Positions 52,819 through 64,000 of a DNA stretch of 64,000 nt are shown here, one piece after another (position 1 is the first letter of the stretch; every line of letters starts with the position of its first letter). The position numbers and the translations under genes were made by a program. The notes below the pieces were generated by a model. That model had not been told where the DNA came from. It saw nothing but the letters and a program-made list of their open reading frames with translations, and did not search any database. The stretch is from Podarcis cretensis (Eukaryota), in assembly GCA_951804945.1 (NCBI GenBank), contig OX638150.1, forward strand, positions 56,172,001-56,236,000. The letters run 5' to 3'.

Positions 52819-54397
52819 GTCAGTTTTCAGTATGTCGTTTTAGTGTCATCTAAATGGAGAGTTAAGGGAGTAGGCTTTCAAAACCTAGTATCCTCTGTGC
52901 AATCAAAGATGTGTAGTGAACTGATTTAGCCTTTTTAATTTTAGTTTTAAGGTCACTTCCTTGAAGAAAAGAAAAAAGTTAAACAAAAGAATAAGAAAAC
53001 ATTATAATTCAGTTGCAATATTTGCATATTGCTGTAAACTAGCAATAAGTGTAACTCATACCTCAACCAGCATGGCCAGTAGTCAGGGTTGATTGGAACT
53101 GTAGTCCAGCAATATCTGGCTTTCCCTGTTGTTTAACCATAATTAAAAGTTTTCCAGGAGCGTGCATATGGCTTCCTCTTTGTTCTTTTTAGTGGGAGCT
53201 ACAAACCATAGTCCTTGGCTTAGTGTTTCATATTGTGAAGCCAAGGTTTGTTCTTGATTTACTATGATCTCCTTGTTTGGATGTAATACTGAGCAAATGA
53301 TCCAAACCACTAAATATTGTTTACTATAATATGCAAACTGGGCCATTGCAATGTGATTTTGCATTTAAGTTCACCTCAAATTTCTGTGGTTGGTTATAAA
53401 TGTTGCCAGTAGTACTTCAGTCAGTAACTAGTCTGACTAAAATGTATGTTGGTATTTGCTTGATCTTTAATGTGAATGGAGCAACATAACTATTAGCCAA
53501 TAATGTATGTGCTAAACTGGAAGCTAATCGGTTTAGAAGGTAGTGAAATATGGCAAACTACACCCCATTCATTGTTTATAGATACATGCTGAGAAGAGTT
53601 AATTGTTACATGTAGTCCTGCGTTGGTAAGAAAATGGGCTTGTGTGATCTTATCAATTTCTTGCATAGAGTTTTGCAACTTTATGGCATCATGCCAGTAG
53701 ATGCCCTGTTTACATGGATAAAAGTGTCCGCCTGAAAGTTATGCAAGGGAGCCTTAATCACACTTGTAGGCTTGGGTTGAAAATTTCTTTGGTTATTCTT
53801 CTTCTGTGAATATTTTGCAGACCCAAGATAAGACTTTGGGAGTTAGTCACTGTGCAGTGGCTATAGTAAAGCAGCTACACAGCCAATGAGTTGGTGGTGG
53901 CTTAGGAAAGTTATACATGTTAAAAACTATGCTGAATTTGGAACAAATACATGACCATCTGTTTGGAATTAATGGCATTCATTTCAACCATTCCCTCTTG
54001 ATAGTTGATCCACAGCTAAGCTAGCTATTGTTCCGAGGACTCAAAGTGTCTTAAAAGTTGGGAAGGAAAAAACAGCACAGTAAGGATGGAGAGGCTTGGG
54101 TGAAATCCAGTGGCATCTGTCCAACAGCAGAGCAGGCACTGTTGGCAGAAGAAGTTCCAGATTCTCCTTCCCTACATCTTCTGCATCCCTCCATAATCTT
54201 TTCCAGGGGGATCCTGTGGAGCAAATTGGGAGGGACCTGGGGGAAGGCTGCAGGAGTAATGGGAAGTCCCGCCAAATAAGTGAATGACCACTGTGCAGTG
54301 ATGCCTATGGTCAGTGTAAGAAACTCAGGTGTATTAGCTAGGCACCAAATGGTGTCTTAAATCTAGCTTGCTGTCACTGTAGTGGAATGTGTATTCG

Positions 54398-54455
54398 CCA
54401 GGGAGTTGGACTAGATGACTCTAGGGGTCCCTTTCAATGCTACGATTCTATGATC
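54398..54455 (+). mobile_element. CR1 3' terminal fragment
   Basis: gttggactagatgac...ggtcccttt...gattctatgat matches the CR1 terminus. Confidence 0.65.
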
Positions 54456-55326
54456 TCAACTGCATTGCTTGACTGTAGCCTGTCCTTACAACAATTCACT
54501 TGTCCCAGTATGCAAGAAGGAGAAACACACACAGTAGAAATGGAAATGATATTAACTGTGAACTAAGGCAGATGTTTTTAAACTGTGGTCGCCAACCTGG
54601 TGCCCAGGAATATCCTTGTAGGTGTAATTGGACCCATGCCAGTAGCAAAGCACACCTGGGGAATATTGAACACTGGCTATTGCCAGTTGTTTGTTCTGAC
54701 TGTCTTCCCGCAATTTAAGTACACTTAGTTCTTTTGCCTTTAATTTTAAAAGTGGGGCAAAATATTACCTGAATGAGTGCGCAAAGTGTTCACACTCCAC
54801 TTCTCATATATATGAATCCTAACAGTAAAATCCCCCCCCCATTTTTCTTGTGTAAAAGGCTTCATTAAATAATTATAGTTATTCTTGTTATTGTGACTGT
54901 TGGTAGGGCACACTAAATTTAAACTGGATCAGTTGTGTCACAGCTGTTGCCAAAATCCTCTCAGCAACTATATGCACAATCTTGCATTAAAGGGTAATTA
55001 GGATTAATAAGATCTTTATAGAGTGTTTAAGGCACGTCTCGAAAATTCTCAAAATCAGGAATTTACAAACTGACTGGCATCATTCCTTTCTGTTGGTCAT
55101 TTGTGAAGCCCAGTCTAACAGCAATACTATTATATGTATGTATTTTTAAAGCCATGTTTTATCACAAAATGACGTTAATAGACACATCATATGTCAGAGT
55201 AATAAGCCAAGGTATAAACAAAGGAGGCAGGAGAACATTGCTGCATTCCAGTTCAAACACTTCCTAACTTCCAACTGTTCCTCACTACAAAAGATTCTTC
55301 GTAGTCTTCTAAGACTACATGGGACT

Positions 55327-55663
55327 GAAATTTGGGTCGACTTTAGGAAAAAGGTTAAAGACTATATTAACAAATACTGTAAAATTAATGAAGGCTAGAA
55401 TGACATGGGTTTAAAAATTAATGGTTTTCAGCGGCATTTATTAAGGAAAAGGAAAAGAAAAATTAAAAACTATGGGAAATAAGGGAGAGGACTTGCTGAT
55501 TGGATAATGAAATTATAATACAGAAGGGGGAGGTGTGAGGAGGTCGGGAAAATAAGGTTTAAGAAAAAAAGGATTGAAATTATACCTGTTTTTTGTTTGT
55601 GTATGTTTGTATGTTTGTGTGTTTATGTTGGAAACTTTAATAAATATCATTTAAAAAAAAAAA
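55327..55663 (+). mobile_element. 5'-truncated poly(A)-tailed retroinsertion (L1-like 3' end)
   Basis: 16-bp TSD AAGACTACATGGGACT (55311-55326, 55664-55679), AATAAA at 55639, poly(A) tail. Confidence 0.85.
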
Positions 55664-58234
55664 AAGACTACATGGGACTAAGCACCAGTGCAGGCCAGAA
55701 ACAGCAAGAGAGAGAAAGATGTTGAAATCATCAAGCTCAGCCCCAAAGAGATTACTGCTATTTCCCAATACTTTATGATGTGGCCATCTTCCTATATCTC
55801 TACACCTTAATAATTTGTTGCAAACAACAGTAATTCAGACAACAGTAATTTTTAAAGTGGGGGAGGGGACTAGAACTAGTGTCACATAACCAGCCTGCGA
55901 AGCCTTTTTTCACTGGCCCACCAGATACCCTCCACTTTTTCGCGGTGGTGGTGGTGGTTACAAAACAGAACATACATGCTGCAGTGTTCCCAGAAACTCT
56001 TCTTTCTCCTGTCTCCCTGTATTCTGTCTTTGCCAGTGTTTCCAGAGCCCTCAACTCACATTGGACCAATTCTTGGCTAGCATTCCCTTTGCCTTCAGGG
56101 AGTACTCAGCTTTCATTGCCCATGCTCGGAGGTGACTGGGAATTACCAGAGGTTCCACCAGTCTCCTACAAGTTTCATGAACAGCAAACAGCAGAGATCT
56201 TAAGAGTAATTTAAATCAATTAAGAGCCAGTGGGGCAAGTTAGGTCAGATAGCAAATTAGCAGGCACATCCCTCTTACGGTGGCTGTGTTTGCATGACCA
56301 AATCCTGGGTTAATAAGTCAGGATATGTATGAGCTTGGTGCATTGGCAATTTCTCTCTTTTCTTGCCTCTTGACTTCTTCAGACAATCAGTTAATCATAG
56401 TTTTCAATTTTATGTGAACTGAGAGCCATGGTTAATGGGATCCAAATAAACAGGATTCAAAAGCCAACTTTAAACCAGCTCATGCATATTCTGGCTTATT
56501 TTCCAGTTTTGCATGCCAGACTTGAAATCTATATATATTACATATATTAGAAGACTTGTAGTGCTGCATCACAACCCTTTATTTGCATGAAGTCAAATAA
56601 TAACCCCTATGGGACGATTTGCATGAAATCACTATCCTGGATTTGCATGAAATCAGGATAGAGGAAAGGAGCAAAAAAGAAAGTAGAAGATGGACACACA
56701 GGAAAATGGAAGCTTTAACAACAGCAGAGGTTTGAGTAAAGCAGAGATGGAACCAAACTGAGGGGGAAAGTGGTGATTTTAAACAGTGGCAGAGATTTGA
56801 GTAGAGTGGCAGTTTGAAACGTTTTGAGTACAGTGAAAATGAAACTGGGAAAGGTTCTGTTGCATTAACTTTTTGGTGTTTTCTTCTCTATTTTCCTTAT
56901 CTGCTATTTCTCCATGTTAAAACTATTAAGAGTTGGGGGTTTTTTAAACACCTCAGTGTGCCCTTCTTCCTGATTTACTTAAACCTCTGATGTTGTTTAA
57001 AACTTCATTTCAGTGACCCTCTATTCCTGCTTTACTTTAAATTTCTGCCATTGTTTGAGTACAGCGAGAAGAGAGAAGCAATGAGGGGGGAGGAATGGCT
57101 GCTTTAACCTTCTTCCTCTTCCATTCCTTGGCTGCCTGATGTGATATAGATCCCTCAAATATTCCACAGTGCCTTCCCACAAAGCATTTCACCCTTGGTA
57201 CCGCATGTTGCCTTATTGAAGTTCCATATTCAATATAGTAATTTAGAAGATACGCCAATATTTGGACAACATCCTTCAACTGAATTTAACTTTCCCTCAC
57301 TAAACAAGCTGACAGGCTAGTTCCTTACGATTCTGTTAATCTAAAAGATTAGCATGTATCATTATGGGATGTGTGCTCCAAGGGAGCTGCAGAATAGGAG
57401 AGAGAAGAAGGCATGGATATTGAGTGATCTGTGTTCAAGAGAGAGCTGAAAAAGTGGGAAGAGTAAAGGGAAAAAAGGAGTGAATGTGAAAATGGGGTGG
57501 CAAAAAGGAGGTAATAGGAAGCATAGGCATGGGGTTAAAGGTGAAAGCAAGGAAATGAAAGGTTCTGCAAAATACGAGGGGAAGGGGAAGCTTCTAGGCT
57601 CTTAATGGGGGGGGGGAATGGCAGGGGCTTGGTAAGTGGAGTGAGCAGGGGCACAGTACCTAGTACATTTATATTATTTCATTTATATTTTTACCATATT
57701 AATGAACACCCTTAAAAAGTAATTTAATGTTTCATTTTTTTCTGCTATGAAAGGTTTAACATGTGCATTTACAAGGAGCAGTTTACAAATAGTAAATGTG
57801 TATTTTGCTAAACATTAAAGTAAGCCTTTAAATTGCACATTTCTTAGCATAGTAAATAGGAATAAATTTTCGCTGGTGAGATCCAGTATAGAGACTCTTG
57901 TGTCAGCATGACAAGACCAGTTGCTGTTTTGACAGTCTATAGTGGGAGTAAACTGAGCTGTCACATTTTTGCATGCATGAAGCTATTAAAGCCACACTTA
58001 GATCTCCTTGTATTGCAGGAGTATGACATCTACAATACTTCAGCCTTATGTTCATTTTGTCAGTAAGGTTTATTGACATTATCTTGTACTGTTCCTGCAG
58101 GGAATGTTTTTATTATTTGCTGTATTATTATCTTAATCCTGTAAGTGGCTTGTTAAATCATTGTGGTGGTCTGTGAAAGATAGCTGCACTTATTTAATGT
58201 GAGATCATCAAACTTTGTGGTTGTTTCATTTTAG

Positions 58235-58323
58235 AATGCAGAGGAAAGCCGAGGCATTGAAAGCAAGAAAACTAAACTAGAAGAAAAGGCTCCTTCAGCG
58301 CACAAAACTTCCAGTAACAGAGA
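58235..58323 (+). CDS. AFF4: AFF4 exon 12 (NAEESRGIESKKTKLEEKAPSAHKTSSNR-E)
   Basis: ttttag|AAT ... GA|gtgagt; 89 nt, phase 0-2. Confidence 0.9.
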
Positions 58324-59100
58324 GTGAGTGCCTGTTTACACTATGTAAGATCCAAAATGCATGAAGCAGAAGGTTTGCTCAGAGCACACAGTTTTAAAAG
58401 CGGTCCATTTGCACACAAAGTTCCAGTTTTTGTTTGATCAGTTACCCCTGCAGAATTGTCAGATTGCTTTCTTTAAAAGAAATCTCAATTTTGGGTTGAC
58501 ACAGCACTTGTTCAAAGGTAAAGTTAGGGGGGAAATGTATACCTGCTTTTAGCAAGTATTTCTTATAAAAAAGCTGCCATGTCAAATGCCCCACCACACA
58601 TATAACATTTGGTAGTTTAAATTGCAATTTGTCCATTCTGAAGAGACAGCTTATAAGAGCTGTAAGTGGGCATCTTTCTGGATCATAGCTCGTTATCTCT
58701 ACCTTTTTAGATCAGAGGTCACCATCCTTTTTCAAACAGTGGGCATATTTGAATTTTGAGAATCCTTTGGGCACCTGTCCCAAAATGGCCGTGGGCCACT
58801 GCTTGACCACCATTGCTGTAAAGCGGGGGCGGGGGGCACCTGTAGCCCTCCAAATGTTGCTGCACTACAACCCCCATCTCTAACCATTTGCATCAAACAA
58901 CATCTGGGGACAGGGGTGTCACAAGCTCCGATTGGTTGGTTTTTCTGTTTAATGTTGTACTTTTAGAGCTGCCATATTTTCTTCATTCTTACATGGGATA
59001 TTTTTGCTAGTGGCACTTGAAGCATGGAATAGGTTTCCATAGGTTCATGGTTGCAGTAACTTGCATTGGTTAATATTTTTTTCCCTTCCCTGTGGGGCAG

Positions 59101-59335
59101 ATCATCAAAGCAGAGTGCTGTTAAGGAGAAGGATCTTCTTCCGTCTCCAGCCACAACCCCAGCCACCCAGAAAGATTCCAAGCAAGAGCATGGGTCTCGG
59201 AAGAGAACCGTCAGTCAGTCATCTTCCTTGAAATCGAGCAGTAACAATAACAAGGAGAGTAGCAGCAGCAAAGGTAGCTCTTCTAAACAAAAGAAGACTG
59301 AAGGGAAGGCCTCAAGTAATACCAAGGAAGCAAAG
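59101..59335 (+). CDS. AFF4: AFF4 exon 13 ([16 protein letters not shown]...SNTKEAK)
   Basis: ggcag|A ... AAG|gtaaaa; 235 nt, phase 2-0. Confidence 0.93.
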
Positions 59336-61459
59336 GTAAAAAGATTATACTTCCATCATAGTTTTCCATTGTCCATAACCTTTCGTTAGCACTTTTTGTA
59401 AAACCAAGCAAATAAGCCCTCTTCAGAAGAAACCCTTACATGTTGAACAAAAAATGGGAGCAGGGCTGCATTGACTGACCTGACATACGCATGCTAGCTT
59501 GGCCTGCCCTCTTGTCCATGCCTACATCACAAATGTTTGCAAGCAGGTTACCTTCCTGTGTACTCTTGTACCAGCAAAGGCATTCATGTAATCTGGAACC
59601 AGTAGAATTTCAGGTTGCATGGATGCCTTTGTTAGTACAGCTGTAAGCGCAAAGGGTTCCTCTTTGCATACATTCATGCTATATGCTTTTAGACGTCAGA
59701 GGGAGGGGCTTGTTTTCCACTCAGACATTGTAGGAGTATTTGACTGTTTTGTCTGGCTAAGGCTAGAATTTCACAGCTTTTGAGTTCTCTAATTGAGACA
59801 CGACAGCTTGGAGTTTATAAGATACCTGTTAGAGCAGGGTGGTCCAGTGTGTGGCCCAGGGGGTGTATATGACCCGCAATGCCTTTTGGTGTTCCCCCGG
59901 CAACATTTGATGTCCCCTGCAAAGGAGAACGTGTGAGGGCTCTGACAGGGTTTTTAGAGTCTTCTCATCTCCTTTCCAAATCCTAGTTAGTGCTTTCTCA
60001 GCTTTGGGAATGAGGTAGGAGGACTCTAGGACCCTGCCAGAGCCTCACAGGTCCTTCCCAAAGTGCAGCGCCCTTTTACTGGGATTTGGAAAGGCTGCAC
60101 AAGGGCTAGTTGGGCAGGGGGTTCAGATTTTGGCCTTGTTTCTCCCCACCGCACGTAACAAGGCAGTGTGCAGCCCGTGGATTGTATGCTGAAGTAAACT
60201 TGATATGAAAAGTTGTACCACCCTCTGTTAGAGGAACCTTTGTGGACATGAGCACACCTTTAAGTAGACAACAAAGTTGATATGTTGCATGCCGGTAGTT
60301 CCTAGACTGCAAATGTTTCTCTGAATTAGAGGTTTTCTGTTCATCAGTGGTCAGTGTTTCATTAATAGGAACATAGTAGTAGATAAACTAGTAAGTGAAA
60401 GTAAATTTGCTTATGCCTCAAGCAAAACTAGAGCCTTGTAGAAACTAGGACAATGGGAGGACCTCAGAAAGTAAACAAGTGGCTAAATATTTCACCAAGG
60501 AATGTAGCTGCAAAAGTCTTGATTTTTTGAGCCAAGTAGAGTTGGACTAAACAGTGCTTTCATGGGGAAAATTCCAAAGAGCTTGTGTATGTGGCAGGAG
60601 TTGGTTTTTAATAGATTTTTTGGCACCCTTCTTTTAAGCCTACACTGAGTCATGTCTGGACCAATTTAAAATTAGGGTAATTAGTATCCCCTCATAGTTC
60701 TGCTGGGTTTTAATAATTCTCCTGCTAGGGTAGCATTGATGTGTTCTATTAATGCATTAGCCTAGTTGGCTGAGTTTCATTATTGAAGCAGAATTTGGTT
60801 TATCTGTTTTGTAAACAGATTTAACATACAGATGATGATCGAAAGAAAAACTAAAGTTGAATAGAAAGAAGACCGTAGACTCCCTTCATATATTAAAAGG
60901 GCAGTGTGATGCTTCTTGCTCCCCATGTCCCCTGTGAACCCGGTTCCAGGTGAACCCTTAGGAGTCTCACGCTAGAGGGTTTTTCTTTTTTCCGTCATCA
61001 TGCTTCTCTGTTTCCTTGGTTTATCAGTGCCATTGGCGTAATTAACACTAGAGATCCTTTGTAAACCCCCTGCCTTGGTTTTTCCCCTCTCATGGAGGAA
61101 GTACAAGCAAGTTAAACTTGTGTTGTATGAAGCTCCTTCCCTTCCTTTTACACCTTCTAACTCTCATTTTCCTCGTGACTTCATGCAGACTCGCAGGTTC
61201 AAGTGCACACACAAGGTTTCTCTCTCTCTGTTTCATTCCTTGTAACCTTTCGGTTTGCGTGCTTTCACAGTCCATACCTTTCTCTGCCTCTAGCTGTTTT
61301 TCTCTACATTTCTCACTTACAAGCTCTCTCCCCGCTGCTTCTCTCAGCAGCCAATCAGTCTGTTCCTCCCCCCTTCCTTTTCCCTCTCTCTGTGCCTACA
61401 AGCACACACAGTTGTTTGTTCTGCTGGGTTTCCTTCTTTTTGCTTCCACTTCCCTCCAG

Positions 61460-61474
61460 AGTCTCTCGCTGTTG
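61460..61474 (+). CDS. AFF4: Candidate AFF4 15-nt alternative microexon (SLSLL)
   Basis: tttTGCttccacttccctccag|AGTCTCTCGCTGTTG|gtgagc; phase 0-0, in frame. Confidence 0.6.
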
Positions 61475-62374
61475 GTGAGCTTTAGGACCCACCCCGCTGG
61501 CTGCTTGTGGCTCTTTAATCCTGACAGGGTGGGACAGGTCAGCGCCCTCAAAGCCCTTGACACCCCCCAGCCTCCCAGCTGGGCCCCTCCCTTCCCAGGC
61601 AGATTGACAGCTAGAAAGACTGCTTCTCTGCTGCCGCCTCTACTCACAAGCACAAAAGTACGGGAGGAACAGAGAGGTGCTAAAAGCCCTAGGAGCGGGG
61701 TTGGCACATTGCACCTCTGCCTTACTGTGATGTATTTTAAGTTCAAGTTCAATAGGGGAAACAGCTGTTGGAGGGTTGGAAGAAGGAGCAGTGATTACGG
61801 AGAACTGTTGGGGACGTGGGAGCAGTGATAAGAATGGTGGGCATCTGAAAAGTTTGCTGTAGTTATTAGATTTCAGAACTTTGGCCACTCTGGAACTTGT
61901 AGCTTTCTTTGGAAAAAAGTATTGCACTTCGTCTGGAAAGTAGAATATCTTTGGTTGTATGCTGCACTGTTACATAATGGCAATATTCAGCCATTGCTCA
62001 GGCATCTGACTGTAATTTGATCCTTCCTGCATAGTTCTACTGCAGCATAGGTTGGAACAGCACTGAGAACGAGACCTAACAAAGCTGTATATATGTGAGC
62101 ATTAGAAAATGCCTAATAAATTGTATTAATTAATTATATGCAAACAATAACAATTGGGTTCCTAATTGAAAAGTGCCCGTGTTGTGTTTTGAATCTGTTG
62201 GAGTCCATATGGCAACATCTGTGTCGGTCAAGCTGTATATGTGGTAAACATGAATGACGGTACACATCTGGATTGCATTTAGCCAGCCTGAGCTCAGCAA
62301 GTGAAGCACAAGCAGTGAATATTTGTTCGCCAAAAATCAGTGTTTTAACTAATTGTGGTCTGTCTTCTTTCAAG

Positions 62375-62472
62375 GAGAAGCTTTTAAATAATTCTTCAAA
62401 CTGCCCTTCTGCCTCCACCATGACTACAGATAACTCGAAGTCCCGGAGAGCAAAGCTAGTGTTTGATGACAG
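62375..62472 (+). CDS. AFF4: AFF4 exon 14 (EKLLNNSSNCP...RRAKLVFDD-R)
   Basis: ctttcaag|GAG ... AG|gtgaga; 98 nt. Confidence 0.92.
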
Positions 62473-62744
62473 GTGAGAACAGATAGAAGTCAGGCAGTTG
62501 GTCTCTATGTTACCAAGAATGTGTGATGAATATTTATACTGACATCTGTGTGTCATCCATTTTAGTCTTTTTGCTCTGTCTTTCTGACATAGTTTGGGTA
62601 CCTTTGCGCTCATCTGTTGCAAGGAGTTACAGCTGCCAGGAGTGAAATGCAGCATGATGCCATCTATTTCTGCAAACCTGCAGATCTTCTCTGAGCTGAA
62701 TTAGTTCCCCTCTCCTCCCAGAAAGACACTGTTCTCCTGAGAAG

Positions 62745-62870
62745 GGGCACAGCATATGCTTTGCATGAGAAGGGTCCCAGGTTCAATCCCAGACATTTCC
62801 TTTAGGGAGGGCTGAGAAAGATTCCTGCCTGAAACCCTGGAGAGCTTCTGCTGGTCATTATAAATCAGGG
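62745..62870 (+). mobile_element. Squamate tRNA-derived SINE fragment (Squam3-like)
   Basis: B-box ggttcaatccc followed by ctgcctgaaaccctggagagc. Confidence 0.6.
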
Positions 62871-63286
62871 ACTGGGACCACCAGCCTGCAGCCCAATCTT
62901 GGCCTGCCAGAAGATCCACTTTGGTCCACAAGGCCATTTTCCTTAAACCATGCCCACCAGTCCAAACATGTTTTGGAATTGAAGGCCAATACTACGTATC
63001 TGCTGTGCAAAGCTAGTAACACAGACCCAAACCAGTACCAAACCAAACGTCATTCCTTTGCTCCAGTACAGTGAGAACACATCGTAAGCCAAAGTGCCAC
63101 TGTGTGGATGCAATGCATTGTGCCAGTGCAGGAGGGGTGTGTTGTGAGCATTGTCAGGCCAGGAAATTAGGGATTCTCACACAGTATCCTGCATGCTGCT
63201 AGAGCAGCTTAGAGCTCCTAGATAACCCTTCATAAATGGGCGGGGCACCAAAGGATAAGACTGCTCTGATGTTATCAGTCTCATAG

Positions 63287-63430
<144 letters not shown>

Positions 63431-63527
63431 TGATTCTCTCCCCCCCCCCCCGACTATTTTGGCTGACGCTGTAGTAGTAATCCTCACTTTTATGAGTTGA
63501 TTGTCAAAAGGCTTTATATTTCTTTAG

Positions 63528-63665
<138 letters not shown>

Positions 63666-63907
63666 TAAGTGATACAGAACATGCAACAAGCATTGTCATC
63701 AAAATGGGGATTAGGAGCTGTGGTGTGAGTGCCTTAGTAAAACATTGAACAAAAATATCCACTCTCGGTATTTTTCAACTTGGGGTTAACTGCAGATTTT
63801 TTGGCACAAAGAATAAAGCACAAACCTCACATTTGTTCATTAAAGAATTGTGAATAAGAACTGAATGTTTTGACCTGACAGTTGCTTACATTATTTTTGG
63901 GTTGCAG

Positions 63908-63979
63908 GTACACTATGAAACTGAAGAATTACTCAGCACCAGATGCTACTGCAGCAGACAAAAGGCTAGCAGTGCTGTG
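63908..63979 (+). CDS. AFF4: AFF4 exon 17 ([24 protein letters not shown]); gene continues beyond window
   Basis: ttgcag|G ... TG|gtatgt; 72 nt. Confidence 0.96.
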
Positions 63980-64000
63980 GTATGTACAGTTTGAGCAATT

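Noticed and set aside
61118-61828. 236-aa Leu/Ser/Phe-rich ORF
   Set aside because: By-product of a pyrimidine-rich intron tract; no recognisable domain. Only the 15-nt exon inside it has splice support.
62134-62655. 173-aa minus-strand ORF
   Set aside because: Partly the shadow of exon 14; no protein-like motif.

Overview
Vertebrate genomic DNA, almost certainly from a lacertid lizard (Sauria SINE plus squamate-type L2, CR1, Penelope and MITE repeats). Two + strand genes occur in the same order as at human 5q31. ZCCHC10 has three coding exons in the window; its first exon lies upstream and its 3'UTR runs to about 15.57 kb. AFF4 has a CpG-island promoter at about 20.7-22.1 kb, non-coding exon 1 and coding exons 2-17, and continues past the window end. 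The introns hold many transposon fragments, several with perfect TSDs. Main leads: (i) frame-preserving AFF4 microexon candidates of 21 nt and 15 nt, the latter with an SRRM3/4-type UGC context, plus a nearby poison-exon candidate; (ii) an AFF4 leader with three strong-Kozak uAUGs, including a 70-aa polyalanine ORF that overlaps the AFF4 start; (iii) a mutated exon-11 donor apparently rescued 9 nt downstream; (iv) a minimal hammerhead ribozyme in a TSD-flanked Penelope insert; (v) a CpG-undepleted antisense ORF and TPR-like fragments inside ZCCHC10 that may be a decayed nested STAND-NTPase/TPR gene. Orthologue comparisons are from memory; no searches were run.
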